Source: Octopus vulgaris (Eukaryota). Taken from it: DNA of 64,000 bases. The translations under genes were made by a program, and so were the position numbers. Positions 39,321 through 52,056 of this stretch are shown one piece after another; positions within the stretch are counted from its first letter, which is position 1; every line of letters starts with the position of its first letter. A model generated the notes under the pieces. It did no database searches and was not told where the DNA came from. It saw nothing but the letters and a program-made list of their open reading frames with translations. The DNA lies in assembly GCA_951406725.2 (NCBI GenBank), contig OX597843.1, forward strand, positions 5,146,001 to 5,210,000, read 5' to 3'.

Positions 39321-39767
39321 AACAAAGGAAATTTTTTAATAATAAAAATCAGCCAAAATGAAGTGGGAGTGGGGTGGGAAGTACCACTCAAGGCCAACCA
39401 AGAAACCGCAGACAGAGCACCTCAGTCTTTGCCAACTCCTCCTCCTCCTCCTCCTTTTGTAGCTTACAAGTTTACTTCTCAGACTCGGCCCATTCACGCG
39501 TGCGGGCCATCCTGTTCACGTTGACCCACCTTTCAACTAAAAAATGCTGGTGGGCGGACAGGAATAATAATTAATGATTCATTCGTTCATTGGCCACAAG
39601 GGCTAACAAAAATCAAAACATAAAGGGACAAAACACAGGAGGAAAGTTACAAAGGGTTTTGTCCGTTTAAAAAAGGTCCAGGTTAAAAGCAGGATGACAA
39701 CGAAGTGTAAGTAACAATTAAAACTCCCAATAGGGGGGGGCGCTTCGAAGGGTTACTCATGGAAAAA

Positions 39768-40352
39768 CCCATAAAAGCCACGGGAGCCTGGTCAAAAGTG
39801 GGGTAGAGAGCCCTTTCTCCTTTTATAATACTTTTTTATACGACATAATATCTAACCCATAAAAGCCATGGGAGCCTGGTCAAAAGCGGGGTAGAGAGCC
39901 CCTTTCTCCTTTTATAATACTTTTTTATACGACATAATATCTAACCCATAAAAGCCACGGGAGCCTGGTCAAAAGGGGGTGAGACTTTTTATACACATAA
40001 TATCTAACCCATAAAAGCCACGGGAGCCTGGTCAAAAGGGGGTGAGAGCCCCTTTCTCCTTTTATAATACTTTTTTATACGACATAATATCTAACCCATA
40101 AAAGCCATGGGAGCCTGGTCAAAAGGGGGGTAGAGAGCCCCTTTCTCCTTTTATAATACTTTTTTATACGACATAATATCTAACCCATAAAAGCCACGGG
40201 AGCCTGGTCAAAAGTGGGGTAGAGATCCCCTTTCTTCTTTTATAATACTTTTTTATACTACATAATATCTAACCCATAAAAGCCACGGGAGCCTGGTCAA
40301 AAGGGGGGTAGAGAGCCCCTTTCTCCTTTTATAATACTTTTTTTATACTACA
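39768..40352. repeat. Tandem array of seven ~89-bp units within a LINE 3'UTR
   Basis: CCCATAAAAGCCA(C/T)GGGAGCCTGGTCAAAAG units start at 39768, 39856, 39945, 40008, 40095, 40184 and 40273; an eighth unit is at 36434. Confidence 0.92.
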
Positions 40353-40917
40353 CTAGCAGTATCGCCCGGCGTTGCTCGGTTTTGTAAGGGAAATAACTAT
40401 ATAAGCATTTTTAGAGAGTTATAGCCAAAAAATAGCAAAAAAAAATGCATTAAAAATGGAAAAAAAATTATGTAAATTTTTTTTTAAATCGTTGACTCAT
40501 CGTAGACATTTTCTGTTTTGGTGTCTTCAAGCCATGAAGTCGTTGTTCTAAAAGAACGCTGGTCTCCTTCACAACGCATTACGACGTTGATTTCTTTACA
40601 CTCCCTTCCCCACAGCTTCACGAGGGAGGGAAGAAGGGGGAGAAGCAACACAGGTGCAGGTGTGACCATGGACGCCAACTCCGCCGCCATCGACACACGA
40701 AAAATTATGCATTAAAATGGAATAAAAAATGATGTTAAATTATTTTTAAAATCGTAGACTCATCGTAGACGCGCGCTAATAGCCAGAAGGGCTCGATATG
40801 AATCACCACTATAAGATACCCGAATTTGGTTAAACTGCACTGCAAAATGTGGGAGTAGTTAGGAATCTAAATCGGAGGAGACAGACACTCACACAACTTC
40901 ACTTTTATATATAAAGA
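40353..40917 (-). mobile_element. Non-autonomous Helitron, subfamily 2, with a distinct internal segment
   Basis: Minus strand A|TCTTTATATA...hairpin...CTAG|T; termini match 35976-36420, with ~190 bp of different internal sequence at ~40513-40700. Confidence 0.85.
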
Positions 40918-41199
40918 TATCTTCCATTAGATTGTGGTCATGCTGGAGCACCACCTCCAAGGGTTTTACTGGAACAAATTCTGCACCCCCTCCTCTCGCG
41001 ATGCCCCACAGGAATTATTTTTTAAGTACTTATTCAGTCGGTATATCTTTTCCTGAGCTGCGAACTCACAGGGACGCAAACAAACCAACACTGGTTGTCA
41101 AGTGGTAGGGGTGGAGTGACAAACACATACAGTGTGCTGGAAATAATAGTTGTGAGTGAAGGGGTGAATGCGACCATATTCACTTCAAATCCACAATAT

Positions 41200-41965
41200 A
41201 CTCTTACTCTTTTACTTGTTTCAGTCATTTGACAGCGGCCATGCTGGAGCACCGCCTTTAGTTGAGCAACTAGACCCCAGGACTTATTCTTTGTAAGCCC
41301 AGTACTTGTTCTATCGGTCTTTTTTGCCGAACCGCTAAGTGACGGGGACATAAACACGCCAGCATCAGTTGTCAAGCAATGCTAGGGGGACAGACACACA
41401 AACCCACACATATATATACATATATACGACAGGCTTCTTTCAGTTTCCGTCTACCGAATCCACTCACAAGGCATTGGTCGGCCCGGGGCTATAGTAGAAG
41501 ACACTTGCCCAAGATGCCACGCAGTGGGACTGAACCCGGAACCATGTGGTTGGTTAGCAAGCTACTTACCACACAGCCACTCCTGCGCCTATGTATATAT
41601 ATATATATACGACGGGCTTCTTTCAGTTTCCGTCTACCAAATCCACTCACAAGGCATTGGTCGGCCCGGGGCTATAGTAGAAGACACTTGCCCAAGATGC
41701 CACGCAGTGGGACTGAACCCGGAACCATCTGTTTGGTTAGCAAGCTACTTACCACACAGCCACTCCTGCGCCTATATATATATATATATATACATATATA
41801 CGACGGGCTTCTTTCAGTTTCCGTCTACCGAATCCACTCACAAGGCATTGGTCGGCCCGGGGCTATAGTAGAAGACACTTGCCCAAGATGCCACGCAGTG
41901 GGACTGAACCCGGAATCATGTGGTTGGTTAGCAAGCTACTTACCACACAGCCACTCCTGTGCCTA
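41200..41965 (-). mobile_element. SINE-A with three tandem head modules
   Basis: One 3' half followed by three ~175-bp tRNA/CORE heads separated by (TA)n. Confidence 0.88.
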
Positions 41966-42384
41966 TGGTCACAGACAAAGAAGGACATCCTTTTATTTTT
42001 ATTTTTATTTCTTCTTTTTCTTTGAGGTCCATGAATCCAAAATAAAGAATCGAATAAACAGAAATTTCCTTTCATAATAAAATTCTGAACTGTAACTTTC
42101 TAATGTCACAAAAGAAAAGGTTTTATACGTGTTTATAGACTATTAAATATGACCCATTTATTGCCAAGAACCAGGTCTCTCTGGTTCAATGTGGGAGTCA
42201 TGGAAACTTGAAGACATTCTGTGGAAGCGTTGACTGCACCAAAACTGCGCACTTCCTGCAATTAGATGAGCAATCACACCCAACCCACCTCTGCTAATTA
42301 ATGTGGATGTCAACATCCTTTGGTATATTCCACGGTCAACCAGTCCAAATATATCTACTACAACATCTCCACCCACCCTACGAC

Positions 42385-43143
42385 CAGGGCTGGATTAAGA
42401 CCCATAAAGGCCCTAAGCACTTGAAAAAGATTTCGGTGACCCCATATATATGTTATTCAAAATATAAACAATAATAAACCATAAAATAAATTTTGGTTTC
42501 TCAAAAGGAAACTAAACTAACAGTAAGATAGGCGCAGGAGTGGCTGTGTGGTAAGTAGCTTGCTTACGAACCACATGGTTCTAGGTTCAGTCCCACTGCA
42601 TGGCACCTTGGGTAAGTGTCTTCTACTATAGCCTTGGGCTGACCAAAGCCTTGTGAGTGGATTTGGTAGACGGAAACTGAAAGAAGCCTATCGTATATAT
42701 GTATGTAAGATAAATATTTCAATTACCTGAAGATTGACTGTAACCATAACTCGAATTATTACAAATTGTACAGCCATGAAACGATCGTAGTGTTTTACTC
42801 ATTATCTTTTATTAAACTTTTAATACTTTTGATATATATTTAAAATAATATAAATTAATTAATTTTATGTATTGGCTTAAGTTTTTCATTGTTTGATTTG
42901 CCTAATAGTGGTTTTATCTCTAATTTAATATAATATATATATATATATATATATCATCATCATCATCATCATCGTTTAGCGTCCGTTTTCCATGCTAGCA
43001 TGGGTTGGACGGTTCTACTGGGGTCTGTGAAGCCAGAAGGCTTCATCAGGCCCAGTCAAATCTGGCAGTGTTTCTACGGCTGGATGCCCTTCCTAACGCC
43101 AACCACTCCGTGAGTGTAGTGGGTGCTTTTTACATGCCACCCG

Positions 43144-43197
<54 letters not shown>

Positions 43198-45689
43198 ATA
43201 TGTGTGTTTGTTAAGTCTGGACATGCATGCATAGACAGATAGATAGATGGATGGATGGATGGATAGACAGATAGATAGACTGATGGATAGATAGATGGAT
43301 AACTTTCTTTCTTGGCCACACAGGGCTGTACACAGAGGGGACAAATACAAATGCAGAGCTTTTCTTTTCGAAAATGGAAAAGAAAAAAGAAAAAGAAAAA
43401 AGGGAACAAATGTAAAATTCAGATCAAAAGGGATCGGGGGGGGGGCGGGCGGGATAAAAAGGGATTGGGTTTCATACAAACAGACAGACAGATAGATAAT
43501 GTAGATATGCAGATAGATAGAGAGAAAAAGTAAGAGAGAGAGAGGATGAAGATTAAAGATTGATGACTAAGATTAGAAATTGATGACTAAGCCGTATGAT
43601 GGATGGCCAATGAGGTGATATTCTCTTGTAGTCCAAGAAAGATGGTTCTGCAGTCTCTTACTGAAGAACGCCCAAATGATTTGTTTCCAGAGACGAAATG
43701 TTTGTGGCGTACATAGAAGCACACTCCTTCCATCAAATATCAGATATCAGAAGATTGCAAACCAGCCCGAGAATCTTAAGGCTTGGCTTATCTTTCTAGG
43801 CCATACTCAGCCTCAACAATCAACAATGCTATGCGCACGCACGCACACGCGCACTCACATACATAGTTCTACAATTTCTTGATAAACGACCAGCACAAAA
43901 GATTTGTTTATGACCACCAAATATTTATACTGTACAAGGGCGTGATGAAAAGTTCGTAGGCTGACCACAAACGAGTTATCAATCTCTATATATAAAATAT
44001 ATATATAAAGCTGAAGTTGTCTGTGTGTGGCAGGTTTGGTAGCCTTCAATTAACACTATCTCCTCTGAAACCCTGTGGCGCAAGTTGACCAAAATTGAGA
44101 GTATGATAGAAGAAGGCTTGCTCTTCCTTCCGTAGAAGATAAAATTCAAATTGGACCATGTTAACACCAAAAATTATTTACATCAAAAAGGTGCTTTTTT
44201 TTCTATGAAAATCCCTATTTTTTTACGATTTATAAAGCTGAAGTTGTCTGTGTATGGCAGGTTTGGTAGCCTTCAACTAACACTATCTCCTCCGAGACCC
44301 TGTGGCACAAGTTGACCAAAATTGAGAGTATGATAGAAGAAGGCTTGCTCTTCCTTCCATAGAAGAAAAAATTCAAATCAGACCATGTTAACACCAAAAA
44401 TGATTTACATCAAAAAGGTGCTTTTTTTCTATGAAAATCCCTATTTTTTACGATTTTTTGACTGCTGTGTCGCCATTTTTCGGTGTATTTCAACCAGAAA
44501 AATGTTCACTTGAAGAGAATAACAAGCTACATAATGCAAAATTTTTACTTTTCAAAAATTCCAATTCTAAAGGGTCGAAACAAACCCAAGTAACGCCGGG
44601 CGATACTGCTAGTATCATTATAAAATTAAACAATCACATCATTGAAATCTCAAAGCTATGAGATAATGCAGGGTTAATTCAAAGCGATGTGAATAAACAA
44701 GCATTACACTTGACAGGATAATCTGATTTAAGCTCAGGGGTTAAATCATATCTTGTATTGAATGTGTTTCAAGCCGAGATTGCCATAGACATGTTTAAGC
44801 CATATCTTATGTGAACCACTTTGTCTTCCAGTGCATCAAGTTCTCAATGTGGATAAATAAGGATTACATTCGACAGAATACTCTGAATGCTGAGGGATTA
44901 AAGTACAGAGTGTCAGAAATAGACAAAGACTTTTTCTCTTTGACAATGGTCAAACAAGGAGTTTGATCGGTTCAAGTTTTGTGGTCTTTTGGACTTTGTA
45001 CATTTAATATGGCAGTCACAGCGAGTCATTGTCTGCACAGATTACTCTTTACTCATTTACTTGTTTCAGTCATTTGACTGTGGCCATGCTGGAGCACCGC
45101 CTTTAATCGAGAAACTCGATTATTTTGTAAGCCCAGTACTTATTCTATCGGTCTCTTTTGCCGAACCGCTAAGTAACGGGGACATAAACACACCAGCATC
45201 GGTTGTCAAGCAATGCTAGGGGAACAAACACAGACACACACACACACATATATATATATACATATATATGACGGGATTCTTTTGGTTTCCGTCTACCAAA
45301 TCCACTCACAAGGCTTTGGTCGGCACGAGGCTATAGTAGAAGACACTTGCCCAAGATGCCATGCAATGGGACTGAACCCGGAACCATTTGGTTGGTAAAC
45401 AAGCTACTTACCACACAGCCACGCCTACGATTAAAAGTGAAACGGAATTAAATAATGGCTAATAATCTGGTACATGGGAGACTGGTGGTTAAGAAGCTTG
45501 TTTTGCAACCACAAGGTTCTAGGTTCAGTCCCACTGCATGGCACCTTGGGCAAGTGTCTTCTACTATAGCCTCGGGCCGACCAAAGCCTTGTGAGCAGAT
45601 TTAGTAGAAAGAATTATTAATTATATTTTGAACTATTTATATAATCTTTTGAGTGCCTTAGGGCCTCTGTGGGTCTTAATCTGGGCCTG
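42385..45689. mobile_element. Possible old hAT-like element defined by a TIR pair, with nested insertions
   Basis: CAGGGCTGGATTAAGACCCATAAAGGCCCTAAGCACTT at 42385 is the inverted counterpart of GAGTGCCTTAGGGCCTCTGTGGGTCTTAATCTGGGCCTG ending at 45689. No matching 8-bp TSD, so these may be two independent ends. Confidence 0.35.
43983..44612 (+). mobile_element. Non-autonomous Helitron, subfamily 1, with duplicated 5' half
   Basis: A|TCTCTATATATA...CCCAAGTAACGCCGGGCGATACTG CTAG|T. Confidence 0.85.
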
Positions 45690-46181
45690 GGCGATCTTTC
45701 GGCACAAGTACCATAACTGCCAATTATAAACCCACGTAGGTTTGTTTACATTTCTGAAGAGAAAAAAACCCCTTTTCCCCCACCCCTAACCCCCCCAAAC
45801 CCTAACCCTAACCCCACATATATATATAAAAAAACTTTACGGAAAGTGACGATCTTCTTCTTCAAATGTAAACAAACAGACTTGGCAGTCATGGTACTTG
45901 TACCGAAAGATGGCCCCTGGGCCTGTTTGCATGTCCTGACGAAGGTCACCCTTGATTGCCAGATGTTGTGAAGTTTGCCCCATTTAACTCCTGGACAGTT
46001 TCTCTAGTAATGACAACATGTCATTTTTTACTGTCAGCAATAAAAAAAAACCACCTGAATTATTACAAATTTTGAAATTCTATTGATTTTTCTTTCTTTG
46101 TGGTTGTTTTTTCAGTGTTGTGTGAAACTATTAAACTGAATGATTTTATGGCAGGAAACGAGAAACGAAAAAAAAAAAAAA

Positions 46182-46757
46182 TCTCTCTCTATATCTATAA
46201 AGCTGTCTCCTCTGAGACCCTGCGGCACAAGTTGACCAAAATTGAGAGTATGATAGAAGAAGGCTTGCTCTTCCTTCTGTAGAAGAAAAAATTCAAATCG
46301 GACCATGTTAACACCAAAAATTATTTACATCAAAAAGGTGCTATTTTACTATGAAAATCCCTATTTTTTACGATTTATAAAGCTGAAGTTGTCTGTGTAT
46401 GGTAGGTTTGGTAGCCTTCAACTAACACTATCTCCTCAGAGACCCTGCGGTACAAGTTGACCAAAATTGAGAGTATGATAGAAGAAGGCTTACTCTTCCT
46501 TCTGTAGAAGAAAAAATTCAAATCGGACCATGTTAACACCAAAAATTATTTACATCAAAAAGGTGCTTTCTTTCTATGAAAATCCTTATTTTTTACGATT
46601 TTTTGACTGCTGTGTCGCCATTTTTCGGTGTATTTCAACCAGAAAAATGTTCACTTAAAGAGAATAACAAGCTACATAATGCAAATTTTTTACTTTCCAA
46701 AAATTCCAATTCAAAAGGGTCGAAACAAACCCGAGCAATGCCAGGCGATACTGCTAG
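46182..46757 (+). mobile_element. Non-autonomous Helitron, subfamily 1, with duplicated 5' half
   Basis: A|TCTCTCTCTATA...CCCGAGCAATGCCAGGCGATACTG CTAG|T; same internal junction as 43983-44612. Confidence 0.85.
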
Positions 46758-47816
46758 TATGAAATAATTGACTTTGGAATACAGCGCACACGCATATGAA
46801 TGAAGACAATTTCCCTAATTGTGGAGGGAACATGTAGAAGGGGTAGACCCAGGAAGATGTGAGATGAAGTGGTGAGAAAGGATCTTCAGTCGTTGGGCCT
46901 CACAGATGGGATAAGAGGGGACTGGAATTTATGTAAAAAAAAACTTCAGACAGGCGCAGGAGTGGCTGTGTGGTAAGTAGCTTGCTAACCAACCACATGG
47001 TTCTGGGTTCAGTCCCACTGCGTGGCATCTTGGGCAGGTGTCTTCTGCTATAGCCCCGGGCCAACCAATGCCTTGTGAGTGGATTTGGTAGACGGAAACT
47101 GAAAGAAGCCTGTCGTATATATGTATATATATATATGTATGTGTGTGTATGTCTGTGTGTCTGTGTTTGTCCCCCTAGCATTACTTGACAACCGATGCTG
47201 GTGTGTTTACGTCCCTGTCACTTAGCAGTTCGGCAAAAGAGACCGATAGAATAAGTACTGGGCTTACAAAAGAATAAGTCCCGGGGTCGAGTTGCTCGAT
47301 TAAAGGCGGTGCTCCAGCATGGCCGCAGTCAAATGACTGAAACAAGTAAAAGAGTAAAAGAGAGTCTATATTTTAAACTCTGATCTAAAAAAACATTTTT
47401 TAAATTAAAGGAAGAAAAAAAATTATGAAAAACTAAGAAAATTTTTTTTCATAGTTGTGTGAATTCTCATGTAAACAATACAAATTTGAAAAAATTTTCT
47501 GGAAATTCCAAAAAATAAAAAAGCCATGAGGGGTATATGAGGTGCTTTAAACAGAAATTCTCGTGTCAGGTTGACATATGAGGAGGGTGTCACGTGGTAC
47601 TGAGATGTGCTAAAAATAACAGCTAAATTGTCCTTAAATCACATGATCTTTTTTTTTTCTTTTTGCGTAATCATATAAATTCCCAAGTGTAGAATACGAA
47701 TTTGCAAAAATTCTCTGGAAATTCCAAAAAATAAAAAAGCTATGAGGGGTTATATGAGGTGCTTTAAACAGAAATTCTAGTGTCAGGTGGTACTGAGATA
47801 TGCTAAAAATAACAGC

Positions 47817-49200
47817 TAATGATCACACTCAAATGGTGCTTTTTACGTGCCACCAGCATGGGAGCCAGTCAGCTGCCCTGGCAATGGTCATACTCAGATG
47901 GTGCTTTTAGGGCTCCACTAGCATGGATGTTTAGTGTCCAATGAAGGAAAGGTACGCGTAAGTGGGCTGGTTACACCCCTGGCATAGGCCACGGGCTATA
48001 GTCTCACCTGGCTTGCCAGGTCTTCACAAGCACAGCATATTTCCAAAGGTCTCGGTCACTGGTCATTGCCTTGGTGAGGCCTAATGTTCGAAGGTCATGC
48101 TTCAGCACCTCATCCCACGTCTTCCTGGGTCTACCTCTTCCACAGGTTCCCTCAACCGCTAGAGCAGTGGTTTTCAACCAGGGTTCCGCCAGTACAGTCC
48201 AGGGGTTCTGCAAGAAGTTACAAAACTGCTAAACTCGGCAGTAATTTTTAATTCTCCTGTGCAGATATGTGTGCATAAGACTATTAAATTATTGCACAGG
48301 GGTTCCTCGAGCCAGTGGAATGTTTCCTTGGGGTTCTGCTCCAGCAAAATATTTGAAAAGCACTGCGCTAGAGTGTGACACCTTTTCACACAGCTATCCT
48401 CATCCATTCTCGCCACATGACCATACCAGCACAGTCATCTCTCTTGCACACCACATCTGATACTTCTTAAGTCCAACTTATCTCTCAAGGTACTTACACT
48501 CTGTCGAGTATGCACGCTGACATTACACATCCAGCGGAGCATACTGGCTTTATTCCTTGCAAGCTTACACATGTCCTCAGCAGTCACGGCCCATGTTTCA
48601 CTTCCATGTAGCATGGCTGTTCGTACACATGCGTCATTCAGTCTGCCTTTTACTCTGAGCGAGAGGCCCTTTGTCACCAGCAGAGGTAAGAGCTCTCTGA
48701 ACTTTGCCCAGGCTATTCTTATTCTAGCAGCTACACCTTCAGTGCACCCACCCCTGCTACTGACTTGGTCACCTAGGTAACAGAAGCTATCAACTACTTC
48801 TAGTTTTTCTCCCTGGAATGTGGCAGAAGTTGTTCTCTGCACATTTTCAGTGTTTATTGCTCCTGAGCATCTGCCACATACAAAAACTATCTTCCTAGTT
48901 AGCCTTCCTTTGACATTGCTGCACCTCTTATGTGTCCATAGCTTACACTGGGTACATCTTATGGAGTTTCTACCTACACCTTTTCTGTAGATCGAGCAGG
49001 GCCACCTACATGAAGGGATTTATGGTTTGTCTGCCTTCCTACTTATTAGGACTTTGGTTTTGGCTAGGTTGACTCTAAGGTTCTTCGGTTCTAATCCTTG
49101 CTTCCACACCTGAAACTTCTCCTCTAGTTCTGATAGTGACTCAGCAATTAGAGCAAGGTCATCAGCGTAGATGAGCTCCCAGGGGCATCCTGTCTTGAAT
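47817..49200 (-). mobile_element. RTE-clade LINE: reverse transcriptase YADD region to C-terminus and proximal 3'UTR
   Basis: GCPWELIYADDLALIAES...NLAKTK, LEVVDSFCYLGD...RIRIAWAKFREL...LHGSETW, GRGRPRKTW...DRDLW; interrupted by stops and a MITE. Confidence 0.92.
48165..48365. mobile_element. hAT (Charlie-like) MITE nested in the RTE LINE
   Basis: TIRs CAGTGGTTTTCAA / TTGAAAAGCACTG; perfect 8-bp TSD CGCTAGAG at 48157-48164 and 48366-48373. Confidence 0.9.
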
Positions 49201-50466
49201 ACACACATGGCACGTAAAAACCTACCCACTACACTCTGTAAAGTGGTTGGCATTAAGAAGGGCATCCAAACCATAGAAACCTTGCCAGTTTGGACTGGAA
49301 CTTGGTGCAACTCTCCAGTTCACCAGTTTTCAGACAAACCGTCCAACCCATGCCAGCATGGAAAGCAGACCTTAAACGACGACAATGATGACACACACAC
49401 ACACACATATATATATATACAAATATTCACACCCTAAACATGCAAACACATATACAAATACACTGATATATGCATATATGTGGAGGCGCAATGGCCCAGT
49501 GGTTAGGGCAGCGGACTCGCGGTCGGAGGATCGCGGTTTCGATTCCCAGACCGGGCGTTGTATGTGTTTATTGAGCGAAAACACCTAAAAACTCCACGAG
49601 GCTCCGGCAGGTGGTGGTGGTGACCCCTGATTACTCTTTTGCCACAACTTTCTCTCACTCTTTCTTCCTGTTTTTTGAGTAACGCTGCGATGGACTGGTG
49701 TCCCGTCCAGCTGAGTGGGGAACACATTCGCTATAGAAACCGGAAAACCGGGCCCATGGGCCTGGCTAGGCTTGAAAAGGGCAAAGTTTATCGTTATATA
49801 TACATATATATATAGAAACACACATACATACATATACAAGTACACACAGATATATACACACAAACACAGACACAACACGAACACACACGCACTCACGCCC
49901 TGACAGCCAGGGAACCGCTACATGGTCACACAATGAGCTAGAAATAGCAGCAAAATGCCACGCATATCACACATCTTGTCATTTAAAAAGCAAGGGATAC
50001 TTCGGATGACGTCATCCACCTACGGATCCCTAAATAAACTGGAAAATCACGGCTGGAGCGGCTTTTAATCCTAGAAGTCCTTTTTAACAGGGTTGAGCAA
50101 GGGTTAAACAACTGCAAATGCGGCATCTGGGGAGATTGAACCCAAAGCCTCGTGGACACCGGCTTGAATTAATGCTGGAGTTCTGGGAAAGGCATGAACA
50201 CCACAAATCCGCAATGGCTTAACTATCATACTCCCCCCCCCCGGCCAACCCATAAATGCGGTATTTTTCGGTGAATCATAAAAATCGATTACAGCAAACA
50301 CGTGTAGTAATTAACGTATATACACACGTCTATAAATATATACGCACATATACACACGCGAAGATTACCTATACACACATATACATAGACGCATATATAA
50401 ACACAAGCATGTATATAGATAGATCGCCTATATACATATATATATATATACATATACATAGATCGC

Positions 50467-50499
<33 letters not shown>

Positions 50500-50535
50500 C
50501 ATATATATATAGATCGCCTATATATAGATATATAT

Positions 50536-50566
<31 letters not shown>

Positions 50567-50996
50567 CACACACACACGCACATGCCCATTTACACATTAG
50601 TATATACCCACACACTACACGTACACGCAATTATAAATTTGTATATATACACATAATACATGTGCGTATATTTATGCTTCTACACACACACAGAGTCAGG
50701 TCAAGATATACACAAATACATATACACACGCGTGTATATATCAATCGTTTATATTCGCCCCATCCAGCGCACATGTAGGGATATATGACTTGTGTATTCA
50801 AGTACATGTAGACACCTACATGTATATATATGCAGATGTATATATGCACCCATACTCACATATACATACATGTTATCCCCAAGTAATTATTGAATTCAAA
50901 TCTTGATTTTCATGGAATATTTTATAAAATAAAACTGTAAATGAATGAAAACATGTACACACACACACACACACACACACAGATGTGAATGTACAC

Positions 50997-51036
<40 letters not shown>

Positions 51037-51079
51037 TCAAGCCGAGAATGTCCTTCGTCTGTGATTAAAAATTAAGAAA

Positions 51080-51531
<452 letters not shown>

Positions 51532-51808
51532 TAAGGGTAGAAATTGATAGTAATCAATTAAAACCAGTGGCCTAGAAATACTATTTTAAAAATCCGAAGA
51601 TTAAAAAATTTTATACAGACAAAATTTAGAGGAATGACCACTAATAGTGGACAGCCTGTATGCTAGAAATAGACGTCAAGCTTATTCTTAAACTTTGGTT
51701 TTTGCTGAATTTTTTTTGAGAACACATTCTTCGTGGTAAATGGCGAGTTTGACGTCTATTTCTAACATACAGGCTGTCCACTATTAGTGGTCAATCCTCT
51801 AAATTTTG

Positions 51809-51842
<34 letters not shown>

Positions 51843-52056
51843 GGTTTCACAATGACTTCTTTGTATTAACTAGTGGCTGAGTGTCCCACAGATGTATGTA
51901 CTCTTACATAATCCGCAATCAAAGCTGGACCTTTTACAGTTCCCGCTCTCTCCACCGAATGTTCCAAGGTGCCCCACAACGGGATCAAACCCGGGACCTC
52001 GTGATAATGAAGTGACGACGTTCTAACGCCCGGGTTACCGAGACACAATAATACTA

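Noticed and set aside
39768-40352. Regularly spaced repeats resembling a CRISPR array (also 55020-56276)
   Set aside because: Whole units are repeated with no unique spacers, there are no cas genes and the context is eukaryotic.
41379-42077. 232-aa ORF with repeated [22 protein letters not shown]
   Set aside because: Antisense translation of tandem SINE heads; the same peptide recurs at every SINE copy.
43661-43705. CTGAAGA...GAAA possible hammerhead
   Set aside because: The intervening sequence does not form a convincing stem II and does not match the family at 6342 and 27680.
45786-45815. CCCTAA telomere-like repeats
   Set aside because: Only two or three units within a C-rich patch; too short to call an interstitial telomere.
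49479-49556. tRNA-like sequence with A and B boxes (also 57734-57810)
   Set aside because: Continues directly into a SINE body, occurs in many diverged copies and lacks a proper acceptor stem; a SINE head, not a tRNA gene.
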